From: Camelus dromedarius
Taxonomy: Eukaryota
DNA: 64,000 nucleotides
NCBI RefSeq assembly: GCF_036321535.1
Contig: NC_087437.1
Location: 52,206,001-52,270,000, forward strand
Direction: 5' to 3'
Numbering within the stretch: position 1 is the stretch's first letter; every line of letters starts with the position of its first letter. Below the pieces are notes generated by a model. It was not told where the DNA came from. It saw nothing but the letters and a program-made list of their open reading frames with translations, and did not search any database. Both the position numbers and the translations under genes were made by a program. Shown here piece by piece: positions 49,621-64,000 of this stretch.

Positions 49621-50336
49621 TCCTTCTCTGAATTCTAGCACTAATACTCTCCATTATTCATTTAGCACATAACCCATATTACTTCCTACTATCGTTCATC
49701 TGTTTTTGAGAATCTTACCCGTCTTTTTTCCCCTAATTATGCTTCACCTGTTTCCAAAGACGATCTGAGAAAACTGACATGCAGTAGAGAATTATTTAAA
49801 ACTACATAAGTTATTTAAAACTTCAGAAAACAGAAAGGAATATATGTGTGTAGTCCAGTGCTTCTGTGACTGTGTGGGGCAGACTAATTCTCAGGTGCAA
49901 CGTTAGCAAGTGCATAGGATTAACATACTACTCACATCCTCCGAACTGGCCTCTACCACTAAGAAAGGTGATACTGGCCCCCACAATTATTTTTGTTTTA
50001 TTTCTCCATCTTTCAGAAGATGGCTGGTAAAGTCTTTCATTGGAGACTCCCTTGAAGACTCTAAGAATTTAGGCCAAGAAGACAAAGGAATGTTCAGAGA
50101 ACATTTTAAGAATAGAGGAGATTTTGCTGATGCAAATTGTGAATTCTAGAGGACTCAAGGGAAGGATTTGGGAAGTTGAGGAAGACCAGGCATCAGATTA
50201 GGAGATGTACAGAGCTGGACAGGGATGACAGCCAGGTGATGAGGCGTGGCTGGGAGTCTGGGGCTTCTTGCATTGAATGACCAAAGCAGGGACAAGGTGT
50301 GAGGAGAGTGGTATGGAAGGCCTACAAGACAGAAGC

Positions 50337-52960
50337 TGTGTGTTGGATGCTGTGCACCAGCCAGACCCCCACTTTCAGTACCCAGGCACTATTCCCTCAG
50401 CTGCTGGGAGAAGCCAAGCACTTGAGTTCCTCCAAGGAGATTCACCTTCGCTGAAGGTAGATGCTTTGTCCACGGCCATGCTTCCCTCCCTGGGGGGCAA
50501 CCCACATCCAAAAGCAAGTGAAGGTGCAAGTACAAAGGTCCAACCCCTTTGTGTCAATTCAGGACATCCCAGAGGGGCTGTCTGAGCCTCAAAGCTCCCC
50601 AAAGATCTGCCAAAGCTTCTGCTACATCTGCTTCACAATTCAACTCCTCCTTCTGCTCAGTGGTACTTTCTTCACTCCCTTACAGGTGTTAGTCCCAAGA
50701 GCACTCACCAGTAGACTTCCTGCATGGAAACTTCTTTTTCAGAGTCTCTTTCCTGGGAAACTTGTTCTATGCCAATGGCTAACAGAAGTGGTCCTAGGAA
50801 GCAAAATCTAAAATGAGATTTTAGAGCTGGATCACAAACCAGGCAGCTGACAATGAAAATGTCCTCACTACTAAGTGGAGTATTGCAAGCTCCTAGCATG
50901 CTATAACTGTATGAAAGTAAAATTTTCATCAGTGGAGAAGCTGGGATGGCATGACCACAGAAGGTGACAAGGGCGATATCTCAGGCATTTGAGAGGTTAC
51001 AGGATGTTGTAATCGCATGGATTCAGATGGCTGTCCAGGGAGCTATTCCTACACTAGAGAAATACAATAAAAGGTGTGAAGGTGATTAGTAACCAATCTA
51101 AGACAAACCACGAGCTCAGAGCACTTCCCTGGTGGCATGTAAGAGACTTATCTCCTGTGGTCACAGGGCAGAAAAAGCAGAGGGTCAGGCCTAGGACTTA
51201 ATTATGAGGGAAATGGAGTTTCAGAGAAGAGTGAATTCTCATGGCAATTCTGCTTTGCCAAGATTAGGGCCTTGATTGAGAAGAAGCAGGTCCCTGTGAC
51301 TGGGAATAAGGACATCTGGGTCTGGGACTCTGAAAATATCAAATTCTGAGTTCCTCTGAATGCTTTGGGCTTGCAGAGGAGATCCTCCCCTTCTTACCAA
51401 AGACTTAACATTCTCCCCTGGCTCAAAGAGAATTCAGAGGTTTCCATTTTGCAAGACACATACCCAGCTCAGGAAATACATCCCCTCTTGACCATCAGAA
51501 TGATAATTAGTTAAGTCACGAAATAATCCATTCAGAAAGTGCTAAGACTAAGGGAGGAAAGGATTTTTATATCCTCAAGGAGGTATAGGATCCAGCCAAT
51601 AGGTATCAGCAGAAGCTGGGGGAGTACATTTGGGAGTGGGCCCTGAGGGTGCTGGAAGAAGAAGGGCAGAACAGACTCTGGTAGGGTGAGTTTATTGACA
51701 GGGAACCCTCTCCATGATACAGGATTTAATGCCCAGGCCGATTCTAGGACTCACTGCTAATGCACTGCTAGGTGGCTCTCGGAGGCTCAGAGACAGTGAC
51801 GGCACACACACAGTGAAGTGGATAGGCCAGACTGCCACGGCAGGTGGTGGAAGAAGGAACCACAAGACTCAGAGAAGTGGCTTGAGGTAAGAGTACATGA
51901 GCAGTGGCAATGGCTTGGATGGTTGGTCAGGGCCTAGAAGGAGAAATACTGGAAGATAAGAGACAGCAGTAACTGGGAAATTGAGGGGTGGAGCCATGGG
52001 AGTGGGCACAGAGTGTGAAGAGCTGTGCATCACACGGTAGTGCCCTCGAGCAAACGTCTGCCACAGGAGGCGAATCAAACACCCAGGGAGACAGAGTGAC
52101 CAGCCACCATCATTGCCCAGCTCAGTGCTGTCACGGGGGGCCCACGGACACAGTAGGCTTGGTTGTAGGGATGAAGCCATGCATGAGCCCCACTCATCAG
52201 GGCCCATCTAATGGCTGAACGTACAACTTGCTCCAGACGCAAGTCGTCTCGAGGAGACCAACCAGCCACTTGGTGGTAAGCCGATTACATTGGTACTCTT
52301 CGGTCAGCAGGTTAGTGATTCATCTTGACTGGAATTGACATATATTCCATGTGTGGGTTTTCCTTTCCTGACTGCTGGGCTTCATTTTCCAAGGGCTTAG
52401 ACAGGGTCTGAGCCAGTGACACAAGAGACCACATAATATTGCATCAGACCACAGGGTGCACTTTAATAAAACAAATGTGGTACAGAGGTAAGCATATGAC
52501 CATGAATTTTTTTTCCTATCATATACTGCATCACCTAGAAGCTACTAGCCTTCTTAATAAAATAATGGAATATCTCATTGAAGGTATTACTGAGGTGCCA
52601 GCTTGGAGCTTATAACCTGTGAGGATGGGGTACCACCCTCCAGGATGCAATTTACACCCTAAATCAATAATCATTATATAGTGCTATTTTTCTAATAGGT
52701 AGAATACAAGGATATAGGAAGTAGAAGTGGCCCCATTTATCATCACTGCCAGTAACCATCTTGGGGAATTTTGATTACTGTACCAGCAACTGTCACTCTG
52801 AGATCTAGAAGTCCTGGTTCCTAGAGGGGAAATGCTTCTACCAGGGACACAGTGAGAGCCTTTTAAGGCACTATGTGCCCATTCAGTCACTTTGGGCTTT
52901 TTGTGCCAAGTAAAGGAGTCACCACTCTGGCTGGGTAATCGACCCCAATCACAGGAGACA
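50337..52960 (+). mobile_element. ERVL-class provirus remnant: LTR16-like 5' LTR (50337-50774) plus a heavily deleted internal region (ERV3-16A3-like)
   Basis: The LTR is followed by a tRNA-Leu-like PBS relic TGGCTAACAGAAGTGG (50776-50791). Gag-like AKIRALIEK..VTGNKDIW and YQQKLGEYIWEWALRVL. Integrase-like region at about 52200-52680. dUTPase-like LEVLVPRGEMLLPG near 52805. No 3' LTR seen. Confidence 0.75.
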
Positions 52961-53150
52961 GGACTACAGATAAATCAGCAAGGCTAAGTAGAAAACTTGA
53001 CTAACGTGATTAACAAGCTTGATATTTTAAGAGAATCCCATATGCATCAGAGAACGCCCACTCTTTTCTAGCACAGAATACTTTTAAAAAGTGATGATGT
53101 GAAATCAAAAGTCTACTACACAAATACTAAAGAGTCCATAGCATAGGGAT

Positions 53151-54060
53151 CAATGGTTTCCAAACATCTTTGATCACGTACCTCCATTGTTGTAATTTGG
53201 GTTCCCTGGGAAGCAGACTCTGAGATGGAGACTAGTGTGCAGAATGTTTAGGGGGCACTCTTGGGATTGATACCTATGAATCAAGGAGAAAGGAGGAGGC
53301 AGGAATGAGCAGAGGGAGAAGTTGAGCTGCAATTCCATACCAACGAAGACCTCATCCCAGTGTCACTGGGGGCCCTAGAGCTATGTCAGCCCTTCAGAGT
53401 TGGGGCAAGAAGATCAGGTGTTTATACTCCTGTGTTGAACAGTCATTGAATGCAAGCTACCTGTGGAAGAAGGTATGACCTTGAGCAAGACAATCCTCAA
53501 CAAAGGCCATTTTCTGTCAGCACTCCTAGCAACTGGGAGAATAAATTTTTCATTCCTAAGAGAGGGATCTGGGTAGTGCATCACATAAATTTTGAGTATA
53601 CGTATCTAATACATAATAGTACAATGTTTATAAATTACATACTTTTACTGTTTTATTAATATATATATACACATGTTAAACATAATAGAAATTTATAAAG
53701 AATGACATAAAATGAAATAAACAACATATTAAAACATTTTGCTAATGGGTGATGTTTCATACCAATATTAACTAATATAAGACACAATGCACACTTAGGG
53801 TAGGTAAGCTTCATCATGAACAGTAGGTTATAAACCACTATTTCCAATAATCTTCTTGATAATTTCAATCTGGGGGGGCCAACATCTTGTGTGATCCTTC
53901 TAAACCATTCTGCACTGTAACGCAGCTGACAAAACGTTAATACCAGAGCTACCAGCTCTGCTGTTTTCTTGTTCACCTTTGCTTGCATAATTTGTATTAT
54001 TTTCAGCTGTGTTTCTTTCAAAGATTCTTTTTAAGCATGCTTTCTCTGAAAGTGTCTTTT
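53151..54060. mobile_element. hAT-Charlie-like DNA transposon remnant, split by the LTR above
   Basis: TIR-like CAATGGTTTCCAAACATCTTTGATCACG. It resumes after the LTR with AAATTTTGAGTATACG and AT-rich subterminal sequence. Confidence 0.45.
53188..53585 (-). mobile_element. LTR16-family solo LTR, inverted relative to 50337-50774
   Basis: Reverse complement CAACTTCTCCCTCTGCTCA...CCCAAGAG...TCAGAGTCTGCTTCCCAGGGAAC is homologous to the 3' part of the first LTR. Confidence 0.75.
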
Positions 54061-54956
54061 GTGAGGGTTGCTTTAGTGAAACTAAGTAATTTAGTCTAAA
54101 TATCCACTTACCCCAGCAGACCTAATTTGCAATGTTTCTCAATGTGCTGAAGGTAGAGGAAAGAGGAAGGCTGCCACTGTCAGCCTCTCTACATTTTGGA
54201 ACTCACCTGCTGCCCTCGTGATGCTTGATTCCCACGTGTGGCTGTCTGAGACAACCTGGTGAGGACAGCAGTGTCCATTTGGGCAAGAAATATTAATAAA
54301 GGTTAATTTCTTACTTTTTAGACAAAAATAAGTAGCAAGAGTGGTTCTAAATGTTTTCTGTCTGTACCTCGATGGCACGTCTTTCACACTGTCTTGTGGA
54401 GGGACACCCCATTTTAGATCTCTGATCCAGCGAGCAGAAGGGTTGTCACCCAGATGCAGCACCTCCCTCTTGGTCAGTGCTGAGAGATACTGCCTCTTGA
54501 ATTACTCTTCTTTCCCTTTGTGCATTGTCTGCCACCTTTCCTTCTGATAATACACCCTTTGTGTTTTTGTCTCTAATTAAGTAGGAGTCAGTTTGAGATT
54601 CAAGCAGACCTACAAGACTGTTTCCTACTAAAATGTTGATGTCATCCTTTCTGCTATCCTGAGGGACCTTTGTCCTTGGGGTCCAGGTTTTAAATTATGC
54701 TCAGGTTCTTAGTGGTGTCTCCATGAACTATCCACAATAATTATATGTGAAACACAACATAGAAACTTATGAGCAATTCAACATCAAAAAAAATCACACT
54801 GGCAAAAAAAATTTTTCTTGAAACAAGAAATCCTGTTTAAGGAGATTAGATTCTCAAAGCTGCCTGTGCTGGCACTTTGGAAAAACATGAAAAAACATGG
54901 CACTGAGGAAAACAAAAACAAAACAAAACAAAACCCTCTCATTCTTGGACCCCACC

Positions 54957-55462
54957 TGCATCCGTTAGGATTAGGGTCAGCTGTGAGGAATTAAAGAATG
55001 ACAATAACAGTGTCTTACCCATGATAGGTGCTGATTTCTCTCTCATACAAATGGCTATTGGCTGGCAGAGCAGCAACTCTGCTCCATGAAGTCCTTGGGA
55101 GCCACGCTCTTTACACCCTCCTTTCTGTTATCCCTGTGACTTTTGTCCTTGTGGTCCAGTACAGTGGGTCCAATTCCAGCCCTCACATCTGTGTTCCAGG
55201 CAGCAAGATGGAGGAAGGGACAAAAAAGAAACAGGAAAAGGATGCATATCATCTGATCGTTAAGGTAGGTTCCCCAAAGCTGCCGCGTGACACTGCCATG
55301 TATGTCCCATTGTCTAGATCCTAGTCACATTCTCACAACTGGATGCAAGAGAAGCTGACACAATACTGTGCATTTTGAGCAACCAAATACTCAGCTAAAA
55401 ATTCAGAAGTTTATTGCTACAGAAGAAGAGAAACACTGGAAGACAGCCAGCAGTCTCTGCCA
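54957..55462 (-). mobile_element. MLT1J/K-like MaLR LTR
   Basis: GTTAGGATTAGGGTCAGCTG...TGTCCCATTGTCTAGATCCTAGTCACAT...CAGCAGTCTCTGCCA. Confidence 0.7.
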
Positions 55463-55842
55463 AAACTTACAAATCAATGACTCTCCAAGCCCTGGCAGTC
55501 TTCAGGAATCCAAGTGCACTTGTGATTTGGTTGGACAAAGTTCTGCTGCACCCCATCCTAAGGATCTCACATCACGTCTAGCATTAGCACCTGCTTCTGT
55601 GATGTCTTAGAGAAGGTGGAGAGATGTGCACAAGGTAGATGCTTCAGCTCTGCTCATGTCGTTTTATCAGATGATTTCAGGCACTCATCCTGCCAGGCTA
55701 TTTTAAGTTTGATGAAAGAACAAACAAATATTGCAATTGAAATGCCCTGGAGTTCTTTCGAGAATTAAAAGCCCTGTTCATCTCTCCCACATCCCTCTTA
55801 GGGTGCTAGAAATAAAAAACACCAAGAATAACAGACAAGAAG

Positions 55843-55897
55843 CAGAGTGCCCTGCTTAGCAGGAACAAGGCCCTCGATTCAATATTCAGTACCTCCA

Positions 55898-55949
<52 letters not shown>

Positions 55950-56004
55950 ACAAACAAACAAACAAACAAACAAACCCAATTACCTCCCCCTCAACAGAAT
56001 AAGA
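55843..56004 (+). mobile_element. 5'-truncated Vic-1-like SINE with expanded internal (TAAA)n(CAAA)n microsatellite
   Basis: CTTAGCAGGAACAAGGCCCTCGATTCAATATTCAGTACCTCC...CCCAATTACCTCC, homologous to the other copies. Flanked by ACAAGAAG (55835-55842 / 56005-56012). Confidence 0.8.
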
Positions 56005-56014
56005 ACAAGAAGTA

Positions 56015-56248
56015 CAGTTGACCCTTGAACAAGGCAGGGTCAGGGGTGTTGTCCAGTCTGAAAATCGGCCTGTAATTGATCCCTCCACAAAGGAGGTTCC
56101 TTTGCAGCCATGGTCCTCCCCATCTGTGGTTCCTCCACATCAGCAGTTTCAATCAGCTGTAGATTGTGTAGTGCTGAAGCATTTCCCATGGAACAAAATC
56201 TGCATATACGTGGACCCACACAGCTCAAATCCATTCAAGTGTCAATTG
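56015..56248. mobile_element. Tigger2-derived MITE, 234 bp
   Basis: TA|CAGTTGACCCTTGAA ... TTCAAGTGTCAATTG|TA: 15-bp TIRs (13/15) with TA TSDs. Confidence 0.9.
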
Positions 56249-56414
56249 TAATCTTTTTCTAAAAATTTGGTTCCGTTGGAGACACCAGTCTAAATGGAGA
56301 CTTTCCCTCTACTTTTGTCAATGAAGTTTTGTTTAGAAAGATACTTATAGCAATAAGCAGAAGAAAGTTTTGGGCTTGAAATGCCTACACAATGTGCCCC
56401 AGAAACAATACTGG

Positions 56415-56525
56415 GTGTTGCACAAGTCCGCGGGGGTGCTATTCACATTATTTCTGTGTGAATGGTAGCCCCTTGGAACACACTATAAATGGTGTCCCTC
56501 AGAGTTGTGTAATGCTGCTGTCCTG
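56415..56525. mobile_element. MER91-like palindromic hAT-Tip100 MITE
   Basis: GGGGGTGCTATTCACAT (56432-56448) pairs with GTGTGAATGGTAGCCCC (56456-56472). Matches the recalled MER91A core. Confidence 0.65.
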
Positions 56526-57304
56526 CCAGGAAGCAGGGTAACTTGTCTCTGTGAATCTCAAACCTCGTATGAGCTGGCAAGATGAGCAGCTTGGCACTAA
56601 TAGCCCCAAGAGGAATGAAAGACTATTCTGTTCTTGAAGAAAGCTGTTTTAAAACGTAATCCAGAGAACCTGATTTACATCAATCTCATCAATGGCTAAC
56701 AAGAGGGTCAGCTAATCTAGTGAGCGTGCGATATTTCTGATTTCCAGGTGTCTATTTTAAAGACAAACGTAAGATCCTGGAAATTCCAGGTTCCTACGGT
56801 GCAGTGGAGTGTGGTTTGCATGCACCTTTCTGTATCATCATTAATCAGGGGAGTGTGGGAGCCCTCACTTTCTTTCTTGTGAGCACACCTGTTCCTGCTG
56901 GAAATGAATCAGTAGACAGCAACTGCAGTTGCACCGCGCTATCCTGATTGAAGGAGCATCATCAGTCTCAGTAAAGCTGCAGTCTCATGGCAAAGCTTCA
57001 CGGGTGCTTTACTAATACATAATTCTCGTTAGAGACAATTACCCAGAACACATTTTTAAAATGTCATTCAGAAGGTGTTTTTAAAAAAAATAGGTAGTTT
57101 TTAAATTATTAATGACAACAACAACAACAAAATAAGCCTTTAAGCAAGTGCCATTTTCAATAATGGGATAAGAAATCCTGGAAAGATTTCTTCATATTAA
57201 CCACTGCTGTTTGTAGGACCCCTCAGTTTGAATTAATTTTGCCTCTTTTGATACAAAATGAGGATAAGTGAACTCATATTTCTTCTCCCCATTTTATATA
57301 TAAA

Positions 57305-57475
57305 GTATTGGTCCTTATTGTTGGGTCAGAGACACTTCAGAGAATATGATGTAAGATATGGTACCTCTTCTGAGAAGTGCACTCAGATACATAGACACAA
57401 ATATTAGCATAAAATTTCAGGGATTATTGACTCAAAATCTATTCGTAGACACTCTAGTATCAAAACCCCAACCCA
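57305..57475. mobile_element. MER103-like hAT-Charlie fragment
   Basis: GGGTCAGAGACACTTCAGAGAATATGATG...AAATATTAGCATAAAATTTCAGGG. Confidence 0.5.
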
Positions 57476-57645
57476 GAGAGGAGTGTAGGGTGAAAGAGAG
57501 TTTTAAGAACTCAAAATAAAACCTACTCCAGTCTAAAGAAGAGTTTATGTGTGTGTATTAACTTGAAATAAGTATATATTAATTTGAAAATAAATCATTT
57601 TGGAGACAGATTTACTACTTGTGGGAATATTTTCTATTGATGTCA

Positions 57646-57651
57646 TTTATT
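57646..57651 (-). terminator. Candidate distal polyadenylation signal (AATAAA) of EHHADH
   Basis: tttatt on the + strand in non-repeat sequence about 1.85 kb downstream of the stop. Confidence 0.45.
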
Positions 57652-57904
57652 TCAAGGACCAATTTATGTGAAATCCAGCAATACGTGTCATAAAAATTAT
57701 CCTAAACTGAACTACAATTCAAGGCACACCCCAGAAAGTTTTTTTGGTTTTGTTTTGTTTGTTTTTTACAATGGAAAACTTACACTATATTCATTCAAGA
57801 TTTCTCTATCAGAACTTTTGATAGTTTTGTTTGGGTTCACTAGTCAAAATGTTATGAAAACAGTTCATTTACATCACCCTGAAGGATAACAACCTGAGCC
57901 CATT

Positions 57905-58360
57905 TGTTTACTTATTTATTAACTTTATTGAGATATGTTTCACATACCATAGAGTTCCCCCACATACAACTCAATGGTTTTTAGTAGGTTCACAATGTTA
58001 TACAACCATCACCACAATAATTTCATAATATTTTCATCAACCCAAAAGGAAACCCTGTATTCATTAGCAGTCATTCCCCATTCCCCACTCTGCAGTCATT
58101 TCAACCTTAAGCAACCTGTAATCTGCTTTCTGGCTCTATAGATTTGCCCATTTTTTTCACTCAGCATAGTATTTTCAAGGTTCATCATGTTTAGTATGTA
58201 GCAGTACTTCATTTCTGTTTATGGCCAAATAATACTCTATTGTATGGCTACTCCACATCTTACTTATCCATTCATCAGGTGATGGGCATTTTGGTTGTTT
58301 CTAATTTGAGGCTATTATGTAATTCTGCTATAAACATTTGTGTATAGGTTTTTGTGTTGA
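57905..58360 (-). mobile_element. L1MB-like 3' end, sense to EHHADH, in or near its 3' UTR
   Basis: AACTTTATTGAGATATGTTTCACATACCATA...CCATTCATCAGGTGATGGGCATTTTGGTTGTTTC. Confidence 0.8.
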
Positions 58361-59248
58361 CCAGTCCCTCAACTTTTAACCATACAAGGCAAAAGTAAAA
58401 AGAGAAGAAATCTTATAACAGAATTATACAAAATTTGTTTTGTCATCATTTTGGATTTGTCAAGATTCAACCATCTTCATACCTAACATCACAAAGGCTT
58501 ATCGTGACAGGGGAACTAGCATCGTTACTCTATCACAGAATCGGAGGACGTTTGATTCCTGAGATCTCTTCTTACACTAAGTTAACAATTTACCACTTTC
58601 CATACTTATCCTTGAATAGAAGTGTAAAGAAAGATCAGGTTGTGGACATCCAGTGGTCTTGAAATTATCTTCAGACATTACTGAGTCCCTTGCAAGCAGC
58701 AAGAACAACTGTGCACATAGGCCTTGGATAGAAGCAATATATTGAGCACGACTTGACAAGCTACTCTGAGTTCCCCATTCTAGTATGAAGTATGTGGTTT
58801 CCTCACCAACTCTCAACTGTGTTTTGCATAAACTTTAACACTGTTCTGCCTTGGATACCCTGCCTCTGCCTCTCCTTGGGCAGCTTTCAAAGCTCACTCA
58901 TAGACACCCTCACTGCTGACTCTACCCTGTCAACCATCTCCACGCCACCCGAGACTACGATCTGAACTTTAGCAAAAGCTTCCTTGCTGGATGAATGCCC
59001 CTTTGGATTCTAGGTCTGTCAAGTGCTGTGCAAGATGCTTGGGGGTGCACAATGAATATCTGATGAGTGAAGGAACCATCAGATTTCCTATCAGTACTTC
59101 ATGTGTAAAGTTCAAAAAGGGCTCAAAATGAATTTAGGATTTAGCTGCATTTATCAGTTAATAATTGATGACATATTTCTCCACAGAACTTGGGAACCTC
59201 AACTTATTCCTGAGGCTCTCTCCTTAGCTATTATGGTATTAACCCAAG

Positions 59249-59254
59249 TTTATT
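59249..59254 (-). terminator. Candidate proximal polyadenylation signal (AATAAA) of EHHADH
   Basis: tttatt on the + strand, about 245 nt downstream of the stop codon. Confidence 0.45.
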
Positions 59255-59499
59255 CACTGTGATTGAAATAATTTATCTGATAACAACAGATTCCAAGGCA
59301 GAGGAAGGACATTCCTAGACATGTGAGCCATTAGGATCATCACCAGATGGAAGACCCAAAGAGGAGGATTATCCAACCAATTATTTCTTTTGCTTTGAAT
59401 TTCAGAGAAATCTTACTTAAGATCTTTGGATTTAATTTCAGTGAAATTCAGTTAGCATTATCTGATGCCAGCATGTGAGGCATAACCTGACAGGCTGGA

Positions 59500-63625
<4,126 letters not shown>

Positions 63626-64000
63626 TTCACAAACGTGAGTAGTACCAACCCTCACGAAGGTTATAATCTAGAGGTGTGAGGAAGAAAAGTTCACAAATAT
63701 CCACCTTACAAGGTAAACTAAATGATGAGAGAAGTTCAAATTTCTTTGGTGACTCGAAGGAAAGATTATTTTTGGCTGGCTGAATCAAGAAAAGCTTCAA
63801 GATAAAGATTATTTCAAGACATATTTGAATATTGAAATAGGTGAAATTGGAGAAGTTGAACCACCCAGGCAGGGGAAGGGAAAAGAAAAGTGAGTAATAG
63901 TTTAAGCAAAGGCAAGAAGAATGGAAAATGTAGACAAATTACTCGATGGCAAAACGTTGTTGTTTCTTCCCCATACCATTTCATTTTTCTCCTGGCACAT

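Noticed and set aside
56432..56472. Hairpin as a possible pre-miRNA
   Set aside because: It is the intrinsic palindrome of a MER91-like MITE. The stem is short and there is no independent evidence.

Overview
Mammalian genomic DNA, probably from a camelid: it has Vic-1-like tRNA-derived SINEs and no recognisable Alu, B1, Bov-A/BovB or PRE elements. It covers the conserved C3orf70-EHHADH interval, with both genes on the minus strand. Positions 1-25044 are the large intron 1 of C3orf70; exon 2 lies outside the window. C3orf70 coding exon 1 (25045-25240) sits in a CpG-island promoter. About 32 kb of repeat-rich intergenic DNA follows. Then come the 3' UTR and last coding exon (59500-60761) of EHHADH (peroxisomal L-bifunctional enzyme, 3-hydroxyacyl-CoA dehydrogenase half) and part of the preceding intron. 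Most other sequence is interspersed repeat (L1, L2, CR1/L3, MIR, MaLR/ERVL/ERV1 LTRs, Tigger and hAT DNA elements), often nested with visible target-site duplications. I see no clearly new multi-gene system. The best leads are: (1) a non-canonical -NKL peroxisomal targeting signal on EHHADH; (2) a 96-bp L2-derived, polyadenylated insert with a perfect 15-bp L1-type TSD; (3) an open read-through frame from C3orf70 exon 1 into intron 1, followed by AATAAA and a strong donor site; (4) candidate CTCF and C/EBP/D-box sites between the genes. Repeat subfamily names come from recalled consensus similarity. Repeat boundaries are approximate unless a TSD or TIR is given.
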